Shown piece by piece: positions 38,045-47,891 of a stretch of 64,000 nucleotides of DNA. The position numbers and the translations under genes were made by a program. Origin of the DNA: Bacteroidales bacterium (lineage in GTDB: Bacteria > Bacteroidota > Bacteroidia > Bacteroidales > UBA932); assembly GCA_045617865.1 (NCBI GenBank), contig JAZLJK010000044.1, forward strand, positions 651-64,650. Reading direction: 5' to 3'. The first letter of the stretch is position 1. Every line of letters starts with the position of its first letter. The notes beneath the pieces are model-generated. The model had not been told where the DNA came from, made no database searches, and worked only from the letters and a program-made list of their open reading frames with translations.

Positions 38045-38129
38045 TTTGATCTTTTCTGTTTTCTTTGTCTGCTTCAAATGATTGGATAATAGTTTGCAAA
38101 TATAACAAAAAGAGAGCAATTTTGCAATC

Positions 38130-38747
38130 ATGGAACTCTTTAAAGACTATAAGATCACTCTGGCATCAGCCTCCCCGCGCCGCCGCGAGCTGCTTGCCGG
38201 CCTTGACATCAATTTCACTGTCGAATGCAGCAAGGATGAGAAGGAAGCCTATTCCGACGACATCCCCTGGGACCAGGTCCCTTCGTTTCTTGCAGAGCAT
38301 AAATCCGAAAGCTTCCACAGAGCGTTGGAACACAACGAGATACTCATCACGGCAGACACTCTGGTGTTTCTGGCGGCCGAAGACGGGACCATGCAGATTC
38401 TGGGCAAGCCGAAGGATTATGACGACGCAGTGCGCATCGTGAGCATGCTTTCGGGCCACACGCACCATGTACTCACAGGAGTGTGCCTCAGGGATGCCTC
38501 GGGCCGCGTACGCACCTTCACAGCCTCCACCGAGGTCACATTCGACGAACTGTCCGGAGAAGAGATTGAATATTACATAAAAAACTACCACCCCTACGAC
38601 AAGGCCGGAGCCTATGGTGTGCAGGAGTGGATAGGTTTTGCGGGCATCTCGAAGATCGAGGGCTCTTACTACAACGTGATGGGGCTGCCCGTGAGGATGC
38701 TCTACAAAGAGCTCAAAGAGTTCGTAAAGGCTGTTGAGACGGCTTAG
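38130..38747 (+). CDS. maf: Maf-family nucleoside triphosphate pyrophosphatase
   Basis: [21 protein letters not shown] and [10 protein letters not shown]. Confidence 0.9.
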   Translation: MELFKDYKITLASASPRRRELLAGLDINFTVECSKDEKEAYSDDIPWDQVPSFLAEHKSESFHRALEHNEILITADTLVFLAAEDGTMQILGKPKDYDDAVRIVSMLSGHTHHVLTGVCLRDASGRVRTFTASTEVTFDELSGEEIEYYIKNYHPYDKAGAYGVQEWIGFAGISKIEGSYYNVMGLPVRMLYKELKEFVKAVETA

Positions 38748-39046
38748 GCTTCACCAAGGTTTCCCATAGGTGGAACTGGCATCGGCCCCTGACGGAGCAC
38801 AATCTTGCCGTTTTCCGACTCATATTTCTCAACATTGTCCATAAGTGCCTTGAGCAGCCTCTTAGCGTGCTCGGGAGTGAGCACTATGCGGCTTGCCACC
38901 TTCGGTTTAGACACACCTGGCATAACCTGTGCGAAGTCGATGATGAATTCGCTGGGCGAATGGGCGATGAGTGCCAGATTTGAATAGAGACCTCCTGCAA
39001 TTTCAGGGGTTATTTCAATATTGATCTGCTGTTTAGGATTGTCCAT
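38744..39046 (-). CDS. DUF3467-domain protein
   Basis: INIEITPEIAGGLYSNLALIAHSPSEFIIDFAQVMPG..RIVLTPEHAKRLLKAL matches my recollection of DUF3467. Confidence 0.7.
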   Translation of the reverse strand: MDNPKQQINIEITPEIAGGLYSNLALIAHSPSEFIIDFAQVMPGVSKPKVASRIVLTPEHAKRLLKALMDNVEKYESENGKIVLRQGPMPVPPMGNLGEA

Positions 39047-39066
39047 AGTATCACTGTATTAAATCG

Positions 39067-40602
39067 TTATTTGGCGAATGCCACACTTCTGACCTCACGG
39101 ATCACTGTCACTTTGACCTGACCGGGATAAACCATCTCGTCCTGGATCTTGCGTGCAACATCCTGTGAGATAGCTTCGCAGTCTGCGTCAGACACCTGGT
39201 CGGCACCAACGATCACACGCAGTTCGCGGCCAGCCTGGATTGCGTATACCTTGACTACACCTTCGTGTGAAGCCGCAATGTTCTCCATATCCTTGAGACG
39301 CTTGATGTAGCTCTCTATGACCTCGCGGCGGGCGCCGGGGCGTGAGCCAGAAATAGCATCGGCAACAAGCACGAGCGGAGCGATAAGGCTTGTCATCTCA
39401 ACCTCTTCATGGTGAGCACCGATCGCATTGCAGATTTCTGGTTTCTCCTTGCATTTCTCAGCCATCTTCATACCTACGATTGCGTGAGGGAGTTCATATT
39501 CCTCCTCAGCCACCTTGCCGATATCATGGAGAAGGCCGGCACGCTTCGCAGCCTTGGGATTGAGACCAAGCTCAGATGCCAGGATAGCAGAGATGTTTGC
39601 AACCTCACGTGAGTGCTGCAGCAGGTTCTGACCATAAGAGCTGCGGTATTTCATACGGCCCACCATCTTGATAAGGGCCGAGTTGAGACCATGCACACCA
39701 AGGTCGATGCAGGTACGCTTACCGATTTCCATGATCTCTTCGTCAAGCTGCTTCTGAACCTTTGCAACCACCTCTTCGATGCGTGCGGGATGGATACGTC
39801 CGTCGGCCACCAGCTGGTGCAGTGCCAGGCGGGCCACTTCGCGGCGGACAGGGTCGAATGCAGAGATAAGGATGGCTTCGGGTGTGTCGTCCACAACGAT
39901 CTCGACACCTATTGCAGCCTCGAGGGCACGGATGTTTCGTCCTTCACGGCCGATGATGCGTCCCTTGACCTCATCGTTCTCAATATTGAACACTGTTACA
40001 GCGTTTTCAATTGCAATTTCAGGTGCGGTGCGCTGAATGGTGTTGATGACAATGCGCTTCGCCTCTTTGCTTGCAGTGAGGCGGGCCTCATCCATGACAT
40101 CATTGATGTAAGACATGGCCTGAGTCTTTGCCTCTGCCTTCATGCTCTCCATAAGCTGCTCCTTGGCCTCGTTGGCTGTGAGTCCGGCAACTTCTTCAAG
40201 CTTCTTTATGGCATCCTGACGGATTGCCTCATACTCTTCCTTCTTCCTGTTGAGAAGCTCCAACTGCACCTTGAGGTTGTCCTTTATCTGGTCGTTCTCC
40301 TTGATCTTGCGGTCAAGGTCGCCCATCTTCTGGTTCACCTGATTCTCTTTCTGCTTGATGCGGTTCTCAGCCTGCTGGATCTGGCTGTTCTTTTCGTTTA
40401 TGAAGGCTTCGTGCTCACCCTTGAGCTGAAGGAATTTCTCCTTTGCCTGGAAGATCTTCTCCTTCTTGATGTTCTCCCCTTCGGCCTCTGCGTTTCTGAT
40501 GATTTCGCTGCCTTTCTTCTTGAGGATGACATTGCGCACAAGAATGTAGACCGCAATGCCCACGGCGGCAGCAACCAATGACAGTAAGATATAATTTACC
40601 AT
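39067..40602 (-). CDS. rny: ribonuclease Y
   Basis: N-terminal TM helix, a long coiled coil, a KH domain ([15 protein letters not shown]) and an HD domain (LLHDIGK). Confidence 0.95.
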   Translation of the reverse strand: MVNYILLSLVAAAVGIAVYILVRNVILKKKGSEIIRNAEAEGENIKKEKIFQAKEKFLQLKGEHEAFINEKNSQIQQAENRIKQKENQVNQKMGDLDRKIKENDQIKDNLKVQLELLNRKKEEYEAIRQDAIKKLEEVAGLTANEAKEQLMESMKAEAKTQAMSYINDVMDEARLTASKEAKRIVINTIQRTAPEIAIENAVTVFNIENDEVKGRIIGREGRNIRALEAAIGVEIVVDDTPEAILISAFDPVRREVARLALHQLVADGRIHPARIEEVVAKVQKQLDEEIMEIGKRTCIDLGVHGLNSALIKMVGRMKYRSSYGQNLLQHSREVANISAILASELGLNPKAAKRAGLLHDIGKVAEEEYELPHAIVGMKMAEKCKEKPEICNAIGAHHEEVEMTSLIAPLVLVADAISGSRPGARREVIESYIKRLKDMENIAASHEGVVKVYAIQAGRELRVIVGADQVSDADCEAISQDVARKIQDEMVYPGQVKVTVIREVRSVAFAK

Positions 40603-40678
40603 GATTACCAGTTATATGTTATAAGTTATATTCCTTCACTTATAGAACAACTGACTGTCGGCAATATAAGAGATTATC

Positions 40679-40883
40679 AAAAAAGGCCGTTAGTTACTGT
40701 AAGTCCAAAAATCTGATAATATCAGGATTAAGCTCACCGGTAACAATATGCCGCAAACTTCCTCCGTCCCCTTGATGGGAATCCCCCTGCATGCAGGGGT
40801 CACCTAGGCCCGTTTTTGGCAGCCGAGAAACTCTTTTGGATTAATTTAAAGTGTTGATTTTGGCAAAGAGTTAACTAACGGCC
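40679..40883 (-). ncRNA. candidate ~205-nt structured RNA between zapA and rny (possibly 6S/SsrS-like; alternatively an elaborate zapA 3' UTR/terminator)
   Basis: A perfect 12-bp closing helix joins 40685-40696 (GGCCGTTAGTTA) to 40872-40883 (TAACTAACGGCC). A second helix joins 40703-40712 to 40856-40864. There are internal hairpins, for example the palindrome CCCCTGCATGCAGGGG at 40784-40799. On the minus strand the closing helix is followed by U6 (40679-40684). Confidence 0.45.
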
Positions 40884-41171
40884 GCTATTAATGTATTCTT
40901 CCAACTGTCTGTCAAGCGCTTCCATTCCATCAATAATGCTCTTGACATCATCTTTCTCTTCAAGTGCGATATAACTCATCACGTATTCCACCAGCACTAT
41001 ACTCAATATATCCTGCATGTCCTTCGTCGTATATTTCGAAGCGTAGAACGCCACCTTCTCCTCTATCTGCCCCACCGACTCCCTGAAGCGGGATTCATTC
41101 TGCGGCTTGATATGGAAGGTATACCGGCGACCGGCAATTGTAACGTTAACTTTCTGTCTTTCTTCTTCCAT
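40875..41171 (-). CDS. zapA: cell division protein ZapA
   Basis: 98 aa. VNVTIAGRRYTFHIKPQNESRFRESV followed by a coiled-coil tail. Typical zapA-rny neighbourhood. Confidence 0.7.
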   Translation of the reverse strand: MEEERQKVNVTIAGRRYTFHIKPQNESRFRESVGQIEEKVAFYASKYTTKDMQDILSIVLVEYVMSYIALEEKDDVKSIIDGMEALDRQLEEYINSGR

Positions 41172-41175
41172 ACCT

Positions 41176-41484
41176 CTACATGTTCAGCATCGATATACAT
41201 TCATCTATCTCCTTGATCACAGTGTTCAACCTCCTCTTCGCCGCCGCACGGTCCTGTGGTGAGTCTGAAAATGCACCTGCCAATTGCAAGTTGTTCAGCT
41301 TGTTCTGTTGTTTCTGTATTGTCTGTTCCTGTTGTTTCTGTTTATCCATGGCAGCCGCAAGCTCGCTCCTGCATGCAAGCAGCTCTTCCGAAAGCTCGGC
41401 GCTGTGTCTGCGCTCGGCCTCGTACATGGAGATAAGTCTCTCCACTTTTTCCTTGAATGAGGCGAACATTTCTTCGGCAGCCAT
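41176..41484 (-). CDS. coiled-coil protein (ZapB-like), hypothetical
   Basis: 102 aa, heptad-rich and Gln/Glu/Leu-rich. A 4-nt gap separates it from zapA. Confidence 0.5.
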   Translation of the reverse strand: MAAEEMFASFKEKVERLISMYEAERRHSAELSEELLACRSELAAAMDKQKQQEQTIQKQQNKLNNLQLAGAFSDSPQDRAAAKRRLNTVIKEIDECISMLNM

Positions 41485-41554
41485 AATGTGGTGTTAAAAT
41501 GTATTTTCGCGAAGGTAATGAATTATTTCCTATTACCCAAATTTATGGTTCAGG

Positions 41555-44500
41555 CTAGAAACCGCCGCGGCCTCCGCCCCAGCCACCGCCGAAGCCGCCG
41601 AAGCCGCCGCGACCTCCGCCCCAGCCGCCGCCGAAGCCGCCCCAGCCGCCGTTACGTCCGGCGAACTTGCCGAAAGTATATGTGAGGCTCACGAGGAAAT
41701 AGCGTCCGAGCTGGTTGCTCCAACTGTCGGAGATGTAGTTTTCTGTAGCAGTACGGGCAATGTTCTTGCTCTGCTCGAGCAGGTCGTAAGCCCTGGCTGC
41801 AACCGTGAACGATTTGATTCTCCAGTTAAAACCGGCATTCCAGATCAGCTGGGGATCGTTGAAACCCGTACCGGTATATCCGTGATAGAATCTGTAGGAA
41901 GCGTCCGAATCGAACTTGAAATCCTTGAAGATTTCCCACATCACACTGGCCGAAACCGAATTGTTCCAGGTAGACTTGTTGGCAGCCGAGTTCAACGAAT
42001 ACTGAGAATTGTTATATCTTACACTTCCTGAAATTGTCGAAGTGAACCTGTCACCGTTGTAACGCAGGTCAACACTCTCGCTCACATTGTAGTTTGTGGT
42101 CTTGCTCTCGCCGAAACCGCTCTCCCCCGAGTAGAATCTGTTTCCGTTTGAATCACCCCAGAATTCTTCCATAAACGAATCGTAATCGAATTCCGCAGCG
42201 TTTACACCGCCGCGCGAAGTTGTGTTCTGGTAGCTTGTTGCCAGATTCATCCCCACGTTGGTGTTTGTGCTGAACGAGAAGCTTGACTTTGCAATAGGCG
42301 TGTTGAATGAGATGTATGTGCTCAAGTTCTCTGACGGCTTACCTGAATTAACAGGCACGCTGTAGCGCACACCGTCTGCGTCATACCAGCTTGCAGTCAC
42401 GATGTTGCGGATGTTGTAGCCACCGCTGACACCGACACGGAAAAATGAGTAGGTACGTACATTGTTGCTGGTGTAGTCAAGGCTTGCACTGTGATTGAAC
42501 GAAGGAAGCAGGTATGCATTACCTGTTGAGATGGATGTGGGACTGGACACGTCCAGAATAGGAAGCATCCTGTTGGTCTGCGGCTGTGACGAACGGCCGC
42601 TGTAGCGGGCGTTCAGGAATTTGGTCCGGCTGATGTTGTAGCGCGCACGCACCGAAGGAGCCCAGTTGAGGAGCCACTCACCGGGTATGAAGGAATTCTC
42701 ATTGAACTTCACAGTCTTTGTCTCGTTATAGGTAGGCTGAAGGTTGGCACCTATCTGCACGAAGTTGCGGTCTTTCTGGAACTGCAGGTTTGCACCGGCA
42801 GTCTGGTTTATGTAGAGGTTGTCGATCGTGCTGCTGTAGTAGCTGTTGGGCAGATCATAATACGAAATGTCGTCCAGGTTCCAGATGAAGGCATCTGTCA
42901 TGTCCATGAGGTTTGACATCATCTGATGTGCTGCAGAGCCGTTATAGTCGAATGTGTTCTGCACAGACTTGTTGCGGCTGTAAGAATACTGATAGCTGAA
43001 TGTAAGGAACATGTACTCTGTCAACGGTTCAGTATACGACAGATTTGCATTGTACGATACATTCTTCGAATCTGTGTGAGAATACTGGTCTATCGCCCTG
43101 ACTGAGTCATTTGCATAATAGTTTGTGAAAGAGAACTCCTTGCTGTCCCTGTCGCTGTCTGACAGGCTGAAATTGCCTTGCACGGAGATTGTGCGTCCGG
43201 CTTTCTGCCCGACCCTGGTGCCGAACATGAACCTGCCGCTTCCGCTGCGTGATGTGTTGACACCGTATGAGTATGACACATCATCATTCAGGAGTTCATA
43301 AAGATCGGGGGCCGCCCCCTCCTCACCGGACTGGGTGACATTTGAATTAGACCCTCTGTTTGTACCTTTGCTGAACGAAAGGCTGGGAGTTATGTTGAGC
43401 CTTATGCGGTCGGGGTTGTACTTGATCTCTGCAGAGACACCCAGTGTACGGCTGTCTGAGAGGGTCTTGCTATCAGAGGATGTATACATGTTGTCTTCAT
43501 CCTTGCGGAAAGTGGTGCGTTCACTGATACGCTGCGAATCCGAATCAGAGCCATTGACATTTGCAGAGAGGGTGGCCTCCAGATGCTCTTTCTTCGTGGT
43601 GGTGTAGCTGACACCGCCGCCCCACTGATTTGTGATGCCGCCTCCGCCACCCATTCCGAAAGCACCGCCGCGACGTCCGTAGCCGCCCGTATTGGTGTTG
43701 TTGCCGTTTCCGATAAAAGCGATCTGCTGGTCTTCGCTGAATCTGGCAAGGAGTGCGTTGCCGGAGTAGCGCATGTCGTTATCCTGCTGGAACTTGGAAT
43801 CTGCGGCCGCAGCAGAGCGGATATCAGAGCCCATGCCGCCGGTGAAGTTACCGAACCAGCCGTCGAACATTCCCTTGTAGGTGCTGATGTCTATTATCTT
43901 TTCGTTCTCACCGTCTTCGATGCCGGAGAAAATCGCCTGGTCTGATTTCTTGTCTATCACCTTCACCTTTTCAACCACTTTAGCAGGGATATTCTCTTTC
44001 GCTATGTCGGGGTCGTTCAGGAAGAACGACTTGCCGTTGATCTTGATCTGGTTGATCGTCTCACCGTGCGCCTTCACAGTACCGTCATCCTCGACCTCGA
44101 TGCCCGGGAGTTTTTTCAGAAGGTCTATCAGCATGGCGTTGTCGTTTACCTTGAAAGCAGAGGCGTTATACTCCACCGTATCCTGTTTGATGGTGATGAC
44201 ATTGCCCACAGCCGAAATGGACGCACCTTCAAGCATCACAACATCTTCCTTGAGAAGTATCTGACCGAAGTCCTCCGTGCTTTTCTCCACTTTCACCGGT
44301 TTCGTATAGGGCTGGTATCCGAGGAGGTCAGTCTTGACGGTATACTCGCCGGCCTTTACTTTTTCAATGACAGCCTTGCCGTCGATGTCTGTGGTCGTGT
44401 AATATTTTGAGACCGTATCACCTTTGGGCAGGAGCATCACAGTAACAAAACCTACAGGTTCCTTTGAAAGCGAGTCGACAACCGAGATTTTTACAGTCGA

Positions 44501-44578
44501 GCGGCCCTGTGCTGATGCTTCAAAATTATTTGAGAGGAATATCGCGATGAATGCGATGAGAATAAATATCTTTTTCAT
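41555..44578 (-). CDS. outer-membrane beta-barrel protein (CarboxypepD_reg N-domain plus TonB-dependent-receptor-like barrel) with Gly/Trp/Phe/Arg C-terminal tail
   Basis: The ATG at 44578 gives MKKIFILIAFIAIFLSNNFEASAQ. KISVVDSLSKEPVGFVTVML is CarboxypepD_reg-like. A plug-like GIEVEDDGTVKAHGETINQIKINGK is followed by a long alternating-pattern barrel. The tail reads GRNGGWGGFGGGWGGGRGGFGGFGGGWGGGRGGF. Confidence 0.8.
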   Translation of the reverse strand: MKKIFILIAFIAIFLSNNFEASAQGRSTVKISVVDSLSKEPVGFVTVMLLPKGDTVSKYYTTTDIDGKAVIEKVKAGEYTVKTDLLGYQPYTKPVKVEKSTEDFGQILLKEDVVMLEGASISAVGNVITIKQDTVEYNASAFKVNDNAMLIDLLKKLPGIEVEDDGTVKAHGETINQIKINGKSFFLNDPDIAKENIPAKVVEKVKVIDKKSDQAIFSGIEDGENEKIIDISTYKGMFDGWFGNFTGGMGSDIRSAAAADSKFQQDNDMRYSGNALLARFSEDQQIAFIGNGNNTNTGGYGRRGGAFGMGGGGGITNQWGGGVSYTTTKKEHLEATLSANVNGSDSDSQRISERTTFRKDEDNMYTSSDSKTLSDSRTLGVSAEIKYNPDRIRLNITPSLSFSKGTNRGSNSNVTQSGEEGAAPDLYELLNDDVSYSYGVNTSRSGSGRFMFGTRVGQKAGRTISVQGNFSLSDSDRDSKEFSFTNYYANDSVRAIDQYSHTDSKNVSYNANLSYTEPLTEYMFLTFSYQYSYSRNKSVQNTFDYNGSAAHQMMSNLMDMTDAFIWNLDDISYYDLPNSYYSSTIDNLYINQTAGANLQFQKDRNFVQIGANLQPTYNETKTVKFNENSFIPGEWLLNWAPSVRARYNISRTKFLNARYSGRSSQPQTNRMLPILDVSSPTSISTGNAYLLPSFNHSASLDYTSNNVRTYSFFRVGVSGGYNIRNIVTASWYDADGVRYSVPVNSGKPSENLSTYISFNTPIAKSSFSFSTNTNVGMNLATSYQNTTSRGGVNAAEFDYDSFMEEFWGDSNGNRFYSGESGFGESKTTNYNVSESVDLRYNGDRFTSTISGSVRYNNSQYSLNSAANKSTWNNSVSASVMWEIFKDFKFDSDASYRFYHGYTGTGFNDPQLIWNAGFNWRIKSFTVAARAYDLLEQSKNIARTATENYISDSWSNQLGRYFLVSLTYTFGKFAGRNGGWGGFGGGWGGGRGGFGGFGGGWGGGRGGF

Positions 44579-44613
44579 TGTATGAATTGTACAGACGGGC
44601 AAATATACCGTTT

Positions 44614-44648
44614 TTTGGCGGCTTATATAAATATTTTTCGTAAATTTG
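44614..44648 (+). promoter_or_regulatory. candidate promoter of the receiver/PEP-binding gene
   Basis: TTTG (44614-44617), a 23-nt spacer, then TAAATTTG (44641-44648). It lies inside the listed long ORF, which argues for the ATG at 44687. Confidence 0.4.
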
Positions 44649-44686
44649 TGATTACGCACAAAAATCAGACCATATCACCGCTCCAG

Positions 44687-47686
44687 ATGGAAGAATACAG
44701 GCATTTTTCTTTTGAAAACGATACGGCCCACGACTTCATGAGGTTCCGCATCAGCCGCATCCTGCAAGTTTGCAGCAACTACGACGGATACACTCTTGAA
44801 GAAGACGGCCACATCGAGTCGCAGATACTCAACGAATACAACGAGCTCAACCTCAGCAACCCTCCCTCCATAATCAGGGTTTCCTCCGCAGAAAAGGCGC
44901 TGGAGATGATTGAAGCCGGAGAAAAGTTTGACTTTGTGCTCACGATGTACAACGTCGGATCGCTCAGCGTGTTCGACTTCGCCCGCTGTGTGAAGGAACT
45001 GAATCCTGACATGCCCGTGGTGCTGCTCACCAGCTATTCGCGTGAGATCCACCGCAGGATAGATGAGAGCGGCTGCGACGCAATTGACAATGTCTTCTGC
45101 TGGCACGGCAACGCCGACCTCATAATAGCCATCATCAAGCTTATGGAAGACAGGCTGAACGCCCACCGCGACATTCTGGAAGGCGGTGTGCAGGCCATAC
45201 TGCTGGTTGAGGACTCGTTCCGCTTCTACTCTTCATATCTGCCGGAGCTTTACCGCATCATCCTTGCCCAGAACAGCAAGTTCATCAAGGATGCCTACAA
45301 CGAGCAGCAGATGGTGATGCGCAAGCGTTCGCGCCCCAAAGTGCTGCTTGCGACCAACTATTCCGAAGCCGTCGAGATGTATCAGACCTACAGACAGAAC
45401 CTGCTTGGTGTGATTACAGACCTCGGCATGATTGTAAACAAAGGCGACCTGAGCGAGAATGAAAAGCCTGACGCAGGCGTGGACATCTGCAGGATGGTGA
45501 AGGAGCAGACCCCATGGATGCCTGTCATCATGCAGTCATCGCAGGTAAGTTACAGCGCACTTGCAGAATCGCTTGGAGTGGGTTTCATAGCAAAGACCAG
45601 CAAGACGCTGCTGGAAGAGCTTCAGAACATCATACTGAGCGAGTTCGGATTCGGAGACTTCGTGTTCAAGGACCCCCATACCGGCAAGATTGTGGGGCAG
45701 GCGGCAGACCTCTACCAGATGCAGAAGCTCATAGAAAGAGTGCCTGAGGAAACGCTGGAATACCACCTTTCACAGATGCACTTCTCCAAGTGGCTCTACG
45801 CCAGGGGCCTCTTCCCCATCGCGAAGATTCTGCGCAGCTTCGACAACAGCCAGTTCCAGAGCATGGCAGACCACCGTGCCGCAATCGTATCACTGTTCCA
45901 CGATTACCGCAGGCTGCTGGGTCAGGGCATCATGGTGCAGTTTGACGAAAACACTTATAACAGCTCCATCGCTTTCGCGAAGATTGGCGAAGGTTCGATA
46001 GGCGGCAAGGCGCGCGGTCTGGCGTTCATGAACGGAGTGCTTTCGAAATACCACCAGTACAACAGATACAAGGATGTGAGAGTGCGCATTCCGCGCAGCG
46101 TGGTTGTTGCCACCGACTACTTCGAGCAGTTCATGAAGATGAACGGCCTGCAGCACATCATCACCCAGGACATCTCGGATGAAAATCTGCTCTCAGAATT
46201 CCTTAACTCGATCATGCCGCCCGACCTGTATGTCAAGCTCAAGAAGTTTGTCTCGACATGCAAGGCTCCGTTGGCGATACGCTCGTCATCAAAGCTTGAA
46301 GACTCTAACTTCCAGCCCTTTGCAGGTGTTTACTCAACATATATGATTCCGCGCTGCGACGATGACGACCAGATGCTGCGAATGCTTATCAGAGGCACCA
46401 AGAGTGTTTACGCATCGGTATTCTTCACTTCGTCGAAAGCATACATTCAATCATCACAGAACGTGTTGAGCGAAGAGAAGATGGCTGTGCTTATCCAGGA
46501 GGTGTGCGGCACAGAGCATGAAGGATACTGGTTCCCCACCCTCTCGGGAGTGGCGCGCTCGCAGAACGCATACCCGCTCGGCTATGAGAAGGCCGAAGAC
46601 GGTGTGTGCAACATAGTCATGGGTCTGGGCAAAGCTGTGGTGGACGGAGGCAAGACTCTCAGGTTCTGCCCTGCATATCCAGACAAAGTGCTTCAGACAT
46701 CCACTGTAGAGCTTACCATGAGCGATGCGCAGACGGGGGTGATGGCGCTGAACCTGGACCCTGGCCGGTTCACCACCTCGACAGACGATGCAGTCAACAT
46801 CGAGACACTGCCCATCGAGAAGGTGGAGAACTCGCGCAATGCTAAGTTTGTCTGCTCTAATTTCGATTTCACCAACAACCGCATTGTGGAGGGCCCCACT
46901 TTCGGACAGTCATATAAGGTGATAACATTCAACAGGATTCTCAAATACAACTCCTTCCCTCTTGCCGAAATCATCAGCAGCCTGCTGAAGATTGGCGAAG
47001 AAGAGCTGCGCTGCCCCGTCGAGATTGAGTTTGCGGTGAACATGGACGTGGCGCCGGGCAAACCCAGGATCTTCAACTTCCTGCAGATCCGACCCATAAT
47101 CAACGGCATGGAGGTGTCCAAGGTAGACTGGTCGGCCATCGACACATCTGGCTCTCTGATTTATTCAGAATGTGCGCTTGGCATAGGTCAGATAAAAGGT
47201 TTGAGGCATCTGGTGTACATGAAGTTCGACAAGTTCAGTTCTCTCAGGACACACGAGATAGCCGACGAACTTTTCAAGATAAACACTCAGATGCGCGGTG
47301 AAGGGCATGAATATGTTCTTGTCGGCACCGGGCGCTGGGGTTCTTCCGATCCCAGCCTCGGGGTTCCGGTCAAGTGGTCCCACATATCCGAAGCGAAAGT
47401 GATTGTGGAGATGGCCCTTGAGAACTTCAACATCGAGGCCAGCCAGGGGACTCACTTCTTCCAGAATGTGACCTCCCTCGGCGTGGGATATCTCTCCATC
47501 GACCCGTTCCGCGGCAACGGAGTGTTCGACCAGGAAACCCTCGACGCAATGCCGGCCGCAATCGACGGCGAATGGTTCCGCGTTGTGAAATTCCCGGAGG
47601 ACCTCACCATCTACATCGACAGCAAGACAAAACGCGCTGTAGTGAAGCGTCCCGCCGGCTGCGCAGACAGTGCAGTGCATTATTGA
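44687..47686 (+). CDS. two receiver-like domains fused to a PEP/pyruvate-binding (PPDK_N, ATP-grasp) domain and a conserved C-terminal domain
   Basis: The first REC-like domain lacks the acceptor Asp (FDFVLTMYNVG). The second looks canonical (ILLVEDS, LLGVITDLGM, VIMQSSQ, GFIAKTS). KIGEGSIGGKARGLAFMN is the PPDK_N signature. The C-terminus carries GTGRWGSSDPSLGVPVKW. Confidence 0.8.
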   Translation: MEEYRHFSFENDTAHDFMRFRISRILQVCSNYDGYTLEEDGHIESQILNEYNELNLSNPPSIIRVSSAEKALEMIEAGEKFDFVLTMYNVGSLSVFDFARCVKELNPDMPVVLLTSYSREIHRRIDESGCDAIDNVFCWHGNADLIIAIIKLMEDRLNAHRDILEGGVQAILLVEDSFRFYSSYLPELYRIILAQNSKFIKDAYNEQQMVMRKRSRPKVLLATNYSEAVEMYQTYRQNLLGVITDLGMIVNKGDLSENEKPDAGVDICRMVKEQTPWMPVIMQSSQVSYSALAESLGVGFIAKTSKTLLEELQNIILSEFGFGDFVFKDPHTGKIVGQAADLYQMQKLIERVPEETLEYHLSQMHFSKWLYARGLFPIAKILRSFDNSQFQSMADHRAAIVSLFHDYRRLLGQGIMVQFDENTYNSSIAFAKIGEGSIGGKARGLAFMNGVLSKYHQYNRYKDVRVRIPRSVVVATDYFEQFMKMNGLQHIITQDISDENLLSEFLNSIMPPDLYVKLKKFVSTCKAPLAIRSSSKLEDSNFQPFAGVYSTYMIPRCDDDDQMLRMLIRGTKSVYASVFFTSSKAYIQSSQNVLSEEKMAVLIQEVCGTEHEGYWFPTLSGVARSQNAYPLGYEKAEDGVCNIVMGLGKAVVDGGKTLRFCPAYPDKVLQTSTVELTMSDAQTGVMALNLDPGRFTTSTDDAVNIETLPIEKVENSRNAKFVCSNFDFTNNRIVEGPTFGQSYKVITFNRILKYNSFPLAEIISSLLKIGEEELRCPVEIEFAVNMDVAPGKPRIFNFLQIRPIINGMEVSKVDWSAIDTSGSLIYSECALGIGQIKGLRHLVYMKFDKFSSLRTHEIADELFKINTQMRGEGHEYVLVGTGRWGSSDPSLGVPVKWSHISEAKVIVEMALENFNIEASQGTHFFQNVTSLGVGYLSIDPFRGNGVFDQETLDAMPAAIDGEWFRVVKFPEDLTIYIDSKTKRAVVKRPAGCADSAVHY

Positions 47687-47701
47687 CACGGGGCAATACC
47701 G

Positions 47702-47878
47702 TCATTCAAAAGAACCACTTCCGAAACTATCGAGGTTGAAATCAAATACATCAGCCTCCTTTGTCTCGTAGGGATCCACTTTTACCTCCTGTTTCTGCAC
47801 ATGGATGGATGTCTGTAGCAGGTCACATTCCGTCACAATCCTGACCACCTGAATATCGAATCTTGTATATGTTTTCAT
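47702..47878 (-). CDS. 58-aa hypothetical protein immediately downstream of the vWA gene
   Basis: The ATG at 47878 is 13 nt after the vWA stop and preceded by GGGAAAA. The protein is MKTYTRFDIQVVRIVTECDLLQTSIHVQKQEVKVDPYETKEADVFDFNLDSFGSGSFE. No homology recognised. Confidence 0.35.
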   Translation of the reverse strand: MKTYTRFDIQVVRIVTECDLLQTSIHVQKQEVKVDPYETKEADVFDFNLDSFGSGSFE

Positions 47879-47891
47879 TTTTCCCGTGGCT

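Noticed and set aside
39613-40581. 322-aa plus-strand ORF opposite rny. The same applies to the other long antisense ORFs at 3523-4239, 12296-13012, 14361-15104, 21983-22693 and 32322-33032.
   Set aside because: Each lies antisense to a gene with strong family motifs. The compositions (Leu/Val/His/Cys-rich or Arg-rich) look like mirror-frame artefacts of codon bias.
44582-44686. 35-codon N-terminal extension of the receiver/PEP-binding ORF.
   Set aside because: It would start 4 nt from the divergent OMP start codon and run through the AT-rich spacer containing a TTTG/TAAATTTG promoter-like pair. The ATG at 44687 is more plausible.
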